From: Felis catus
Lineage: Eukaryota
Length of the DNA: 64,000 nt
Direction of reading: 5' to 3'
NCBI RefSeq assembly: GCF_018350175.1
Contig: NC_058368.1
Coordinates: 171,370,001-171,434,000 of the forward strand
The position numbers were made by a program, and so were the translations under genes. Positions 51,216 to 64,000 of the stretch are shown here, in pieces (the first letter of the stretch is position 1; each line of letters starts with the position of its first letter). The notes below the pieces were generated by a model. The model saw only the letters and a program-made list of their open reading frames with translations, was not told where the DNA came from and did no database searches.

Positions 51216-52439
51216 TTATACTAAAACAGACCCATAAAGGAATTTTTTAAATTAGCATTCGTTTACCATTCAGTTTGCAGTATCACCGTCATTGACAAGT
51301 CAGTACTTTCTATAAAATGGTGCAGAGAAAATTTTACAGAAGTCTTTGTTAACCAGGTTAGAGACAAACGACATCTTACTCAAACACACCATTTATATAC
51401 AAACACATTAAGCATTAATGATTAGTACATTCACAGTGAAAAATCTGTTAAGAAAAACATTTAAGCCCAATTGCTTTCCCAAAATAAGTACAAAATTAAA
51501 GAAACAAAGCCTCTATAAACACAAACAGGCCTAGCTTTTAGAAAAAAAAAAGTCGACATAAATATCAGAAAAACAAATTGTAAATTGTAAATTTAGGGGT
51601 CAAATAGTATTATTACAAATCAGTAGGGTTACAAAAATATTTTTCACCGAATTCCTTAAGGTTTTGACACTTCTTGGTATGTTTTAGAATTCACGTTTCT
51701 CTTTTGTAAAATCTCTCTTTTTGCCTTTGATTCTACTAGGTTCTCAGCGTTCACATGGATTAACATGAATGATTTAATTATTAAAGATTGTATTTGTTAT
51801 GATTATATTTATTATAAGAATTTGGCCAATATGATACATGGAATTTCTCTTTAATTATTAAAGACAAAGAAATTTAAAATTTTGCCAAATTAAGATTATC
51901 AATTATTTTCTTACTCCCTCCAATGGTTTTGTTTTTAAAATAAATTTTATTTATTATTTTGAAAGGTAATACTTTCTCATGATCAAAAAGTAAGATAAAT
52001 CGCTCTACTACCTCATCATTCATTGTAACCAGTTTCTTGCCACCTTCTAAGCCATTGATTTTCAAGTTTATTCAGTACTGTCTATAATCAAGCAAGTATT
52101 TTTACATAGCTCTTTTAACATTTTTTCCCATTTAATTCTGTAAACTACATAGGCCTTATTTTGCTTTACATCAAGTAAAACTTTTTTTTTTTTCAACATG
52201 ACAAGTCACTCTTGCCAGCAACATGTGTGGGTTAAACCCACCTTTCTCTGCTGATTTGGGAAGTTTGCTTTAAGACATATCAAGACTTAACATGTACTCA
52301 GAATTGTTATGAGTTATATCTTCTATTCCATAGATAGATGAGTACTTGTGCCATTATCATACAGATTTAATTATCTTATAAAGTTTAAAATATGTCTTAA
52401 TATTAATATTAGAATAGAATTAGAATATGTTGAATATTT

Positions 52440-52655
52440 GGGGTGCCTGGGTGGCTCAGTTAGTTATGCCCTGACTTGGGCTCAAGTCATAATCTTGGCA
52501 ATTCGTGGGTTTAAGCCCCGTGTTAGGCTCTGTGCTGGCAACTCTGAGCCTGGAGCCTGCTTCAGATTCTGTGTCTCCCTCTCTCTCTGCCCCTCCCCTG
52601 CTCATGCTCTGTATCTACCTCTCTCTCTCTCAAAAACAAACATTAAAAAATTTCT
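52440..52655 (+). mobile_element. Can-SINE
   Basis: Full-length; its right TSD is interrupted by a second SINE. Confidence 0.93.
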
Positions 52656-52668
52656 AAAAAATAGAGTA

Positions 52669-52755
52669 TGTCTCCCTCTCTCTCTGCCCCTTCCCCGTTC
52701 ATGCTCTGTCTCTCTCTGTCTCAAAAATAAATAAACGTTAAAAAAAATTTAAAAA
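52669..52755 (+). mobile_element. 5'-truncated Can-SINE
   Basis: Only the CT-rich 3' half and tail remain; TSD aaaaaa(t/c)agagtatg at 52656-52670 / 52756-52770. Confidence 0.88.
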
Positions 52756-53099
52756 AAAAAACAGAGTATGTTTAACATTTAATATTAAAGAAGGAGTTAG
52801 TCCTCTATCATTACTATTCTTTTTCTAAACTGATATGGCTATTCTCATCAATTTCTTATTCCAAATGAACTTGAGAATAATTTTTGTTAGGTTCCCAAAG
52901 AATTTGACCAAGTTACTTTAAGAAAGAGACTTGGTGAGAATTTCTCTAAATTATAAATTATTTTGGGAAGAATTATTACCTTTACACATAGGTTATTAGT
53001 AGAATAAGCAGCCTTAGTGATAAGCCTTTCTGATGTTCTTAAGCTGGATGATTTTTCAAGGAGCAAATTGATGAAGAAACTCAAAAGGTGTTTTGTGCC

Positions 53100-53954
53100 C
53101 GCAAACATGGCAGGAGAGATATGCAGGAAAACCCCCTAATTCAGAATAATTAAAAGTGCTGGATAAAATATTTTTAAATATCATTCTAAATTAATGGTTG
53201 AGTTGGTTAAAAAATAGGGGAAGTCCTCAGAGGCCACAAATAAAAGACAACTTGAATACAAAGCAAGTTCTGGAGCTGGCATTTGCTTGGGACCTCTCTC
53301 CGGGTGGCTTAGAGTTTAGGCTTCCTAGAGCCATATGGGAGTCAGGAGATAAGACATGAGGCCTGAGTGAAGTGGGAAACAGAACTTTCCATGTATGACC
53401 CGTGTGTAAGGTTGTGTCCCATGAAAGGCAACATCCTTGGTAAGTGAATTAGGTGAGGAAAGAGGGAATAACCCTATAGAGACAACCAGTAGAGACAATA
53501 AGCCTAAGTATTATGAAGAAGGATAAAATGAGGGGAAAAGTTTCCCTTGAAAATTACTAGCACCAGTCTCTGCTCATATAGAATAGGGTACATCCTATCT
53601 TATGTGCAGTGGATAGGATAGTCTGAGAGTGTTCATGGGTTAGCAGTGTCCCAAGTACCCAGCAATACCAAACATAACCCTTTCTAGAGGAACAGACCCA
53701 AATGGATACCACAACTTAACAAAAAAAAAAAAACCTAGGAGAAAATAGACAAGTGACAGTGAGTTGAAACAGAGTTAGACTATACAAATTTTTTACCTAT
53801 AGGATATCAGATGAGTGTTTAATATATTTCAAGAAATAAAAGAGGGTACATAACAAGGAACAAAAGATATCACAAATAACCTACATCTTTGAGAAAGAAC
53901 CAAAGAAAAATCCTAGAAAAATTTCTAATAATTGATATTAGCAACTCAATGTTT
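53100..53954 (+). mobile_element. Ancient L1 (L1ME-like) 5' region; probable ORF2 continuation at about 62360-62560 and 63127-63700
   Basis: aacatggc...taaaagtgctggataaaatatttttaaa 5' signature and ORF1-like A-rich remnant; ORF2 remnants on the far side of the nest (cctataaccattaaagaaattcaatcagtagttaaaa). Confidence 0.55.
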
Positions 53955-53986
53955 GGATCTGGTTCAAGATGGCAATAGAAGAGGCT

Positions 53987-54404
53987 TTTTTTTTTTTAAT
54001 TTATATCCAAGTTAGTTAACATATAGCGTAATAATGATTTCAGGAATAGAATTTAGTGATTCATTACTTACATATAACATCCAGTGCTCATCCCAACAAG
54101 TGTCCTCCTTAATGCCCCTTGCCCATTGGGCCCGTCCCCCAACCCAAAACCCCTCCAGCAACCTTGTTTGTTCTCTGTATCAAAGAGTCTCTTATGGTTT
54201 GTCTCCCTCCCTGTTTTTATTACTTTTGCTTCCCTTCCTTTATGTTTATCTGTTTCATATCTTAAATTCCACATATGAGTGAAGTCATATGATATTTGTC
54301 TTTCTCTAATTTATTTCACTTAGCACAATACACTCTAGTTCCATCCATGTTGTTGCAAATGGCAATATTTCATTCTTTTTAATCACTGAGTAATATTCTC
54401 ATAT
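53987..54404 (-). mobile_element. 5'-truncated carnivore L1 3' end inserted antisense into the old L1's 5' end
   Basis: Poly-T at the left, 3'UTR similar to that of the young L1 (ccagtgctcatcccaa..gtgtcctccttaat), TSD aagaggct (53979-53986 / 54405-54412). Confidence 0.9.
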
Positions 54405-56948
54405 AAGAGGCTCCTGACCTCACCTCCTCCTATGGACACACCAAATCTACAGCCACATACAGACCAAGTATCTCTGAAAAAAAGCCAGAAACTATCTGAG
54501 TGGCTCCCACACATTGGGTAAATGAGAAAAGACTCACATAAAACCCGGCAGAAGAGGCTAATAAACAATCTCACCATAAACCCCACCTCTGGCACAGCAA
54601 CACACAACCCGGAGGGAACTTCCAACTTCAAGCCTTGCACTTCCACCTAAGAAATGGGTGACCAAAACGCCAGATTTTGAAAGTTAATGGGGCTTGCATC
54701 CATGAGACCAACAAGGCTATAGAAAACTAAGAGACAGTTCTTAAAGTGCTTACAAGGACTTACCACAGCAAACTCCTTAGGGTCCAGCTTAAACATGGCC
54801 AGTCTTTCTGTGAAAGAGGTCTATCTACACATCTTAATACCTATAGCCTGCACAGTGGGCCTCTAATTTAGTACACAACAAAGGGCTGACTACAATACCC
54901 TCCAGAGACCAGGGAGCTGGTGGGTACCACCTTTGTGCTCTCTTGCTGCCTCATGCCAGTTTGCCAATATTTCCAGGAAAGGAGCTTGTGTATACATCTG
55001 GGGACCCAGTTTTTGTGGCTGCCATCCAAAAGATGCCCTTTCATCACCTGGCTCTAGTGGCCAGTGTGGCTTACATTTTCAGGTCCCTCCCACAAAACTG
55101 TAACAAACAGAGAAATAGTTCTTGGCCACTTATCCCCTCAGGACACAGTGCTGAGGCCACAAACAGAAATGCCCATCTCCCAGTCTTCCGCTGAAAGAGG
55201 CATATTTGATATTTTAAAAGCTGTTGCCTGGAAGTTAAGCTTCCAATGAGCCTGAATCTAGGTGTTGACTGAGATCCTCCCCTTTGGGACACTGACAGGT
55301 CTTGACACACTTTCAATACTGGAAGCCACCAAGAACAAAAAAGACTGCTTAGGCAATCACAAAGACTTGAGAGAAAAACAATAGCTAGGGCAAGGTTGAA
55401 TGATATGGTTCTTCTTCCACATGAGAACAAGTCCATCAATACTAGGAAATGTGGCTATTTTATCTAATGCATAGAAATCATCACTGAGAGGAAAAATGAA
55501 GAAATAGAGGAATATGTTCCAAATGAAAGAATAAAACATCAGAATAAGACTTAATGAAACAAAAATAAGTGATCAACCTGACAAAGAGTTCAAATAATGG
55601 TCATAAAGATACTCACTGAGGCCAGGAGAACAATGCATGAACAAAGTAAGAATTTTAACAAAGGGATAGAAAATATAACAAAGTACCACACAGAAACCAC
55701 AGAGCTAAGGAATACAAAATCTAAGCTGAAAAATTCAATAGAGGGGTTCAATAGCAGACTGGTTGCAGTGGAAAAAGGATCAGTTACTCAAAGATAGAAT
55801 AGTGGAATTCATCCAATCAGAAGAGCAAAAGAAAAAAGAAAAAAAGATAGCTTAAGGGACTGTTGGGACACTATCAAGCAGGCCAATATTTGCATGACAG
55901 GGGATCCAGAAGGAGGAGAAAGAGGTGAAAAACTTACTTGAAGAAACAATGACTGAAAACCTCCCTAACCTGGGGAAGAAAAAAGACATTCAGAACTAGG
56001 AATCCTAGAGAGTTCCAATAAAATAAACCCAAGAAGACCTACACCAGGATGCATAATTTAAGTATCAAAAGTAGAAAGTAAGAAGAGAATTTTAGAAGCA
56101 CCAAGAGAAAAACAATTTGTTATATACAAGGGAACCCCCATTAGACTATCAGCAGAAACTTTGCAGGCCAGCAAGGAGTGGCACAATATATTCAAAGTGC
56201 TTAAAGAAAAAACTGCCAATCAAGAATACTCTACCTGGCAAAGTTGTCCTTCAGAACTGAAGGAGAGATAAAAAGTTATCTAGACAAGCAAGAGCTTAAG
56301 AAGTCCAGCACCACCCCACTGGCCTTATAAGAAATGTTAAGGTGATTTCTTTAAGCTGACATGAAAGGGCTCTAATTAATAACAGGAAAATATCTGAAAG
56401 TATAAATCTCACCAGAAAGGTAAAAACATAGTTAAGTTCAGAATAACCTAATGTAATGGTGGTGGGTTAATCATTTATAAATCTAACATGAAGTTAAAAG
56501 ACAAAAGTAGTAAATGTAACTGTAACTACAATAATTTGTTAATGGATACACATGTAAAAAGACAAATTATGACATTAAAAATATAAAACATGAGAGGGGA
56601 AGTAAAAATGTAAAGCTTTTGAATGCATTTAAATTTAATTGTTATCAGCTTAAAATAGACTATTATAACTCTAGAATGTTTGATGTAAGCTTCATGGTAA
56701 CCACAAAGCAAAAGCCTACAGTAAATACACAAAAGATACACAGAAAGGAATCTAAACATATCATTATAGAAAAGTATCAAGTCACAAAGGAAGAAAACAA
56801 GAACAAAAGAATTACAAAACAGCGAGAAAACAATTAACAAACTGGCAATAAGTCCATACGTATCAATATTTACTTTAAACATTAATGGACTAAATTCTCT
56901 AGTCAAAAGAACAAGAGTAGTTCAATGTAGTAAAAAAATATAAGACCT

Positions 56949-57076
56949 GGGGCACCTGGCTGTCTCAGTTGGTAGAGCATGCAATTCTTGATCTCAGGGT
57001 TGTAAGTTCAAGCCCCATGTTGTGTGTAGAGATTACTTAAAAATGGAATGGAATGGAATAAAATAAAATAAAATAA
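56949..57076 (+). mobile_element. Short Can-SINE in the old L1 ORF2
   Basis: TSD ataagacc; (GGAAT)/(AAAAT) tail. Confidence 0.9.
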
Positions 57077-58418
57077 ATAAGACCCAACTATATGCTGCCT
57101 ACAAAAGACTTACTTCAGCTTTAAGGACACACATAGACTGAAAGTGAAGGAATAGAAAAAGATATTCCCCAACCTGGGGAAAAAAAGAAAGCATGGGTAG
57201 CTATACTTATATTAGACAAAACAAACTTTAAGACAAAGACTAATAAGAGACAAAGAAGGTCATTACATGATGATAAAATGGTGAATCCAAGAAGAGGATA
57301 TGGCAATTGTAAATATTTATGGACCCAACATAGGAGAACCAAGATATACAAAACAAATACTTACAGAACTAAAGGGGGTAATAGACAGCAATACAGTAAT
57401 AGTAGGGGACTTCAACACCACATTTTCATCAATAGGTAGATAATCCAGACAGAAAATCAATAAGGAAACATTGGACTTAAACTACACATTATACCAGAGG
57501 GATTTAATAGACATTTACAGAACTATTCCATCAAAAAGCAGTAGAATATTCATCTTGAGCAAACGTGGAACATTCTAATTCTCCAGAATAGATCAATCAT
57601 ATGTCAGGCCACAAAACAGGTTTTAATAAATTTAGAAGACTAAAATCATATCAAGCATCTTTTCCAATTCCCATGGTATAAAACTAGAAATCAATTATAA
57701 GAAGAAAACTGGAGAATTCACAAATATATAGAAATTAAACATGTTACTGAATAACAATGATCAAAGAAGAAACTAAAAGATAAATAAAAAATATCTTCAG
57801 ACAAATGAAAAAGGAAATATAACAACCAAGACTGAAGGGATTCAGCAGAAAACAATTGTTAGAGTGAAGTTCACAGCAATTAGTGTCTATAGTAAAAAAA
57901 GAAAAAGATCTCAAATAAACAATCTAACTTTATACCTTAAGGAACTAAAAAAGAACAAATGAAGCCCAAACTTACCAGAAGGAAGGTCATAAAGATCATA
58001 GCCAAAATAAGTGAAATGGAGATTAAAAAGACAATAGAAAAGATCAATGGAACTAAATGTTCTCTGAAAATATAAATAAAGTAGGTAAATCTTTAGCTAG
58101 ATTCACTAAGAAAAAAAGAGAGAAGATGCAAATAAAATTAGAAATTAAAGAGGAAATGGTGGCATAACTACTAAACAGAAATACAAAGGATCATACGAGA
58201 CTACTATGAACAATTATACGCTAGCAAATTGGACAACCTAGAAGAAATGAATAAATTCCTAGGAACATACTACCTACCAAGGCTGAATCATGAAGAAATA
58301 AAATCTGAACAGACCAATAACAAAGAGATTGAATTAGTAAACAAAAACCTCTTAATAAACAAAATTTCAGGGTCAGATGGCTTTACTGGTGAATTCTACC
58401 AAACATTTAAAGAATTAA

Positions 58419-58602
58419 GGGGTACATGGGTGGCTCAGTCAGTTAAGCATCCAACTCTTGGTTTTGGCTTAGGTCATGATTTCATGGTTTAGGCTCTTCA
58501 CAGACATTATGAAGCCTGCTTAGGATTCAATCTCTCTCCCTCTCTCTACCCCTCCCCTGCTCACATATTCTCTGTTTCTCAAAATAAACATTTTTAAAAA
58601 AT
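58419..58602 (+). mobile_element. Can-SINE in the old L1 ORF2
   Basis: TSD aagaattaa. Confidence 0.9.
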
Positions 58603-59633
58603 GAAGAATTAATATACATCCTTCTTAGACTCTTCCAAAAAATAGAAAATAAAGGAGCTCTCCCAAACTCATTTTATGAGGCCAGATTTCCTTGGTACCA
58701 AAACCAGATAAGGACACTATAAGAAAGAAAATTACCAGCTAATATCCCTGATGAACACACATATAAAAATCCTTAAAAAAAAATTAGCAAACTGAATTCA
58801 ACAGTACATTAAAAGGATCATACACCATGATCGGGTGGGATTTATTTTAGGGATGTGAGGATGGCTCAATATCTGCAAATCAATCAATATGATATACCAC
58901 ATTAATAAAGTGAAGGATAAAAATCATATGATCATCTCAAAAGATGCAGAAAAAGCATGTGACAGAATTTAGCATCCATTCATGATAAAACTCTCAAAGT
59001 GGCTATAGAGGGAACATATCTCAATACAGTGATGCCTTATGCCATATATGCCACATATGACAAGCCCATAGCTAACATCATACTCAACAGTGAAAAACTG
59101 AAGACTTTTCTCTTGGAAAAGGACTATGACACCCACTCTTGCCACTTTTATTCATCCAAATAGTGGAAGTCAAGCTAGATTTATTAGACAAGAAAAAGGG
59201 AAAAACAAGCATCCAAATGAGAACAGACGAAGTAAAAGTGTCTCTAATTCCAGATGACATACTATATACAGAAAAACCTAAAGACCATCAAAAAATTTAA
59301 ATGAATTCAGTAAAGCTGCAGGATACAAAATCATTATACAAAAATCAGTTGTGTTTCTATACACAAAACAGGCAGAAAGAGAAATTAAGAAAACAATCAC
59401 ATTTACAACTGCATCAAAAAAAAATAAAATACTTAGGAATAAATTTAATCAATGAGGTAAAAGACCTATACAATGAAAACTATATGCCACTGATAAAGGA
59501 AATTGAAGAAGACATAAATAAATGGAAAGATATTCAGTGCTCATGGATTAGAAGAATTAACATTGCTAAAAGGTCCCTAACACCCAAAGTGATCTACAGA
59601 TTCAATGCAATCCCTATCAAAACTCCAGTGGCA

Positions 59634-59836
59634 GAGTGCCTGGGTGGCTTAGTCAGTTAAGTGTCCAACTCTTGATTTCAGCTCAGGTCATTACCTCGCG
59701 GTTCATGGGATTGATCCCCCTGTCAGGCTCTGTGCTGATAGCACTGAGTCTGCTTGGGATTCTCTCTCTCCTCTCTTCCCCTGTGCTCATACCCACACAC
59801 TCTCTCTCTCAAAATAAATAAGCATGAAAAAAAAAA
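59634..59836 (+). mobile_element. Can-SINE in the old L1 ORF2
   Basis: TSD aaaactcca. Confidence 0.9.
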
Positions 59837-61566
59837 AAAACTCCAAAGGTAGTTTTCATAGAAATAGAACAAATGACCCTAAAATTTGTATGAAACCACA
59901 GAAGATTCCAAATAGCCAAAGCAATCTTGAGAAAAAACAATCTGGAAGCATCACACTTCCTGTCTCTAAACTCTATTACAAAGCTATAGTAATCAAAATA
60001 GTACAATGTTAGCATAAAAACAGACATATAGATCAATAGAACAGAACAGAGAGCCCAGAAATAAACCCATGTAAGGCCAATTAATATATGGCAGAGGAAC
60101 CAAAACTATACAATGGGGAAAGGACAGTCTTCAACAAACAGTGACGGGAAAACTGGAAAACAACATGCAAAAGAATGAAACTGGACTACTATCTTATACC
60201 ACATACAAAAATCAACTCATAATGAATGAAGGACTTGAACATGACACCTGAAACCATAAAGCTCCTAAGAGAAAACATAGACGGACAGTAGGCTCCTTGA
60301 CATCAATCTTGGCAATGATTTTTTTTTGGATTTGATAACAAAAGCAAAAGCAACAAAAGCAAAAATAAACACATAAGAATTACCTCAAACTAAAAAGCTT
60401 CTGTAGAGCAAAGAAAACAACAAAATGTAAAGGCAACCTACAGAATAAAAGAAAATGTGTGCAAATCTGATAAGGGGCTAATATCCAAACTATACAAGGA
60501 ACTCCTACAACTCAATAGCAAAAAAATAATCCAATTTAAAAATGGGCAGAAGATTTGAACAGACATTTTCCAAAGACATACAGATGGTCAAAAGACATGA
60601 AAAAATGTTCAACATCACTAATAATCAAAGAAATGTAAATCAAAACCACAATGAGATGCCACTTCACACTTGTTAAAATGGATATTATCAAAAAGACAAG
60701 AAATAACAAGTGTCTGTAAGGATGTGGAGAACAGGGACCCCTTGTGCACTGTTGGTGGGAATGTAATTGGTGCAGGCACTATGGAAAACAATACTGAGTT
60801 TCCTCAAAAAATTAAAAATAGAATTACCATATGACCCAGCAATTTCTCTTTGGGGTATTTATCCAAAGAAAACGAAATTATCATCTTGAATATTTACAAT
60901 AGCCAAGACAAGGAAAAAACCTAATTGCCCATCCATGAAGGAATAGATAAAGCAAATTTTATATCTAAAACAACATATGTGTTTGCTTTATCCATATGTG
61001 TGTGTGTGTGTGATCAGCCATTAAAAAAGTAGGAAATTCTGCTACTTGCAATAATATGGGTGGATAGACCTTAAGGATATTACACTAAGTAAAATAAGTC
61101 AGAGGAACTACAAATTCTGTATGCTCTCACTTATATGTGGAATATTCAAAAAGAATTGAACTTATAGATACAGAGAGCAGATTGGTAGTTGCCAGAGGAA
61201 AGGCATGGATGGGGGTGAAGGGAGTAGGCAAATTGGGTGAAGGTAGTCAAAAGGTACAAACTTCCAGTTCTAAGATAAAAAAGTCCTGAGGATGGGATGT
61301 ACAGCATGGTGACAATAGTTAACAATGCTGTACCGTACATGTAAAAGTTGCTAAGAGAGTAAATCATAAAAGTGAACAAAACAAAAATTTCAACTATGTG
61401 GTGATAGATGTTCACTAAACTTACTGTGGTGATCATTTTACAACATATACACATGTCAAATCACTATGTTGTATACCTGAAACTAATACAATGTCATATA
61501 TCAATTATATTTCAATAAAATTAATTAAAAGTAAAATAAAAAGATAATCAAATACTATAATAAGGT

Positions 61567-62360
61567 ATGATAAATCTATTTTTGGTCTTTGTCCCTGGTT
61601 CTTGGCACAGAGCTCCTAAAACCTTTGGATATTCTGAATGACAGAAGCATCTTTTATTATTCGGGACAAGCCCCTTCCAGTTATGTTTATATCATTAAGG
61701 TGACTCTTGATAGTCTCCTTTGGCAGCTTCAGGAGTGGAACTTCTTGCCTGAGGAATCAACCATGTGACTACAGAGATGGAATTTTCAGCTCTACCCATC
61801 TAACCCCCATCTTGGGAAAAGTGTGAGGGGTTAGAGATTTTGTTCAATCACCAACAGCCAGTGATTTAACCAATCATTCCTGTGTAGTGGAACCTCCATA
61901 AAAACTCCTACTAGACAGGGAGATTCTTGGTTGGTTAAGACATCAAAGTGCTGGGAACGTGGCATACCCAGGGAAGGCATAGAAGCTCATGCTCCTCCTC
62001 ACACTATACTTTGCCTTATGCATCTCTTCCATTTGGCTGTTTCTGAGTTGTAGCCTCTATAATACACTGGTAATAGTAAGCAAAGTGTTTTCCTGAGTAT
62101 GTGAGTCCTTGTAGTGAATTACCAAACCTGAGGTGGGGGAAGGGTCATGTTAACCCCCATATTTTTGGTTGGGCAAAAGTGTGAGTAGCCTGACCATCCC
62201 ATTGCAGCTGGCAAATGAAATGAGGGCAGTCTTGCAGGAGTAAGCTCTTAACCTGTAGGGTCTGATGCTAACTCAAGGGAATTAGTATCAGAGTTTAAGT
62301 GAATTAGACACCCAGTTGGTGTCAAACAACCAAAGAATCGGTTGGTATGAGGGAAAAAAC
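61567..62360 (+). mobile_element. MER21-like ERVL LTR
   Basis: ggtctttgtccctggttcttggcacagagctcctaaaacc...atcaatcattcc...catctcttccatttggctgtt.ctgagttgta...gacacccagttggtgtc. Confidence 0.82.
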
Positions 62361-62657
62361 TCAGAATAATGAACAACTTCCTGCTAACAAACTTGAAAAG
62401 AGACATTTTCCTAGGAAAGATGTTTGGAAGTCATTCCAAACATGACTAAAGAAGAAAAAACCTGAATGGTCCTATAACCATTAAAGAAATTCAATCAGTA
62501 GTTAAAATTTTTCCCATAAAGAAAATACTAGGCCCAGATAGTCTTAAAAGCCTGTGGCTTATGTTTAAGGCACCTGGGTGGCTCAGTCATTAAGCATCTG
62601 ATTCCAGCACAGAATCAGATTTTTTTTTTATTTTTAAAATTAAAAAAAATTAATTCT

Positions 62658-63126
62658 GGGTGTATCTGGGTGGCTCAGTCCGTTGAACATCTGACTCTTT
62701 TTTTTTAATTTTTTTTTCAACGTTTATTTATTTTTGGGACAGAGAGAGACAGAGCATGAACGGGGGAGGGGCAGAGAGAGAGGGAGACACAGAATCGGAA
62801 ACAGGCTCCAGGCTCTGAGCCATCAGCCCAGAGCCTGATACGGGGCTCGAACTCACGGACCGTGAGATCGTGACCTGGCTGAAGTCAGACGCTTAACCGA
62901 CTGTGCCACCCAGGAGCCCCGAACATCTGACTCTTAATTTCGGCTCAGGTCATGATGTCGAGGTTCATGAGATTAAGCCCCATATCTGCCTCTGCACTGA
63001 CAGCGTGGAACCTGTTTGGGATTCACTCCTTCTCTCTGCCCCTCCCCTGCTAGAGTGCGTGCTCTCTCTCTCTCTCTTTCTCTCTCTCCCCCCCCCCAAA
63101 ATATAAATAAATAAACAGTTTAAAAA
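62658..63126 (+). mobile_element. Older Can-SINE split by a young antisense SINE
   Basis: Head at 62658-62699, remainder at 62936-63126. Confidence 0.9.
62700..62920 (-). mobile_element. Young SINEC_Fc nested in a SINE
   Basis: Perfect 15-bp TSD gaacatctgactctt (62685-62699 / 62921-62935). Confidence 0.96.
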
Positions 63127-63892
63127 GTTAATCCTGACATTATATTAAATTTTTTGGAGAAGAGGAAAATTTCTCCAAGTAAATTTATAAAGCCATTACA
63201 GGCATATTCCACAAAACATTTCCCTGATGGATGTTTTCCCAGTAAATTCCCTCCTGTATTTAATTCTCCAACGCCGTACAACGTATATATCTCTCAAACT
63301 AACATGTCAACTGATATTTATGTAGGAAATGCTTTATTTAGCACCCCAAAACTCAATACATTTTTACCACCACCAACAACAACAAAGGTATAGGAAATGC
63401 CTTGAGTTACATTACAAACGTTGGTAAGATGTCCACACCGTGTCAGCAAATCAAAAGCATACTGAATATCAAAGAAGGGGATCACAAATGCTACTGGTGA
63501 TAAAAGAAGCATTAAAATATCATCCTCATTGTGAATCATTCTCTGTCACATTCCCACAGTGTCTTTTGTATTTCATATTGCCCTTTTCCCCATGGTTTTA
63601 TAGAATAAGAACCAAAAATGTTGACAAAGCATTAAAGAACTTAATGGAGAAGGAAGAAAGAAAAGCAGAAAAGTAGTAACAATGAAAGAGAGGCTGTTAC
63701 TGCTGACAAAGCAACTATTTATTAACAACTATATTGTTTAGTGATTCAGGAAGCAAAGTTATGAATATTTACATCCTAATGCTATACTTTGCTATTTAAT
63801 GGAGGTTTGCTTACCATGTTTTAGTTATATTTTAGGAAATTGATTTGGGTTAACAAGCCACCCATTATAATTTTACCATTTAAAATAAAAAT

Positions 63893-64000
63893 AGGGGCAC
63901 TAGGTGGCTCAGTCAGTTGAGCATGTGACTCATGATTTCAGCTCAGGTCCTCATTTCGAGGTTTGTGAGTTCAAGCCCCACATCAGGCTCCATGCTGAGT
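63893..64000 (+). mobile_element. Can-SINE, truncated by the window end
   Basis: ggggcactaggtggctcagtcagttgagc head. Confidence 0.9.

Larger units (their letters stand above)
53955..61543 (+). mobile_element. Decayed but full-length LINE-1 (L1MA9-like)
   Basis: 5' end ttcaagatggc..ctgacctcacctcctcc.atggacacacc; broken ORF1 about 55497-56360; spacer of about 0.5 kb; broken ORF2 about 56843-61150; L1MA9-type 3'UTR; AATAAA near 61514. Confidence 0.9.

Noticed and set aside
51874..52065. Minus-strand ORF with MNDEVVERF, faintly like a hAT transposase
   Set aside because: Similarity too weak and no terminal repeats found; would need a Dfam or BLASTx hit

Overview
Mammalian genomic DNA from a felid: young tRNA-derived Can-SINEs of the SINEC_Fc type point to cat or a close relative. 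The window is mostly retrotransposon and DNA-transposon derived, and I recognise no host protein-coding gene. The main feature is a full-length, apparently intact and young LINE-1 at 3536-9491 (+). It has a CpG-rich 5'UTR with a YY1 site, uninterrupted ORF1 and ORF2 with all catalytic motifs, AATAAA plus a 38-nt poly(A), and a perfect 13-bp target-site duplication (TSD) at a TT/AAAA site inside an older L1. Its 5'UTR carries an antisense ATG ORF of 125 aa and an antisense splice donor, reminiscent of primate ORF0 and the L1 antisense promoter. Also present: a second, decayed full-length L1 (L1MA9-like) at about 53955-61543 within a multi-layer nest, about 25 Can-SINEs, MLT1 and MER21 LTRs, L2/L3/MIR relics, Tigger/Charlie/MER20 DNA transposons, microsatellites and a strong CTCF motif. 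Nearly all L1 DNA is on the + strand, suggesting the window lies in a minus-strand transcription unit. Several well-formed but unidentified minus-strand exon candidates are listed at low confidence. Repeat subfamily names come from recalled consensus sequences, not a database search.
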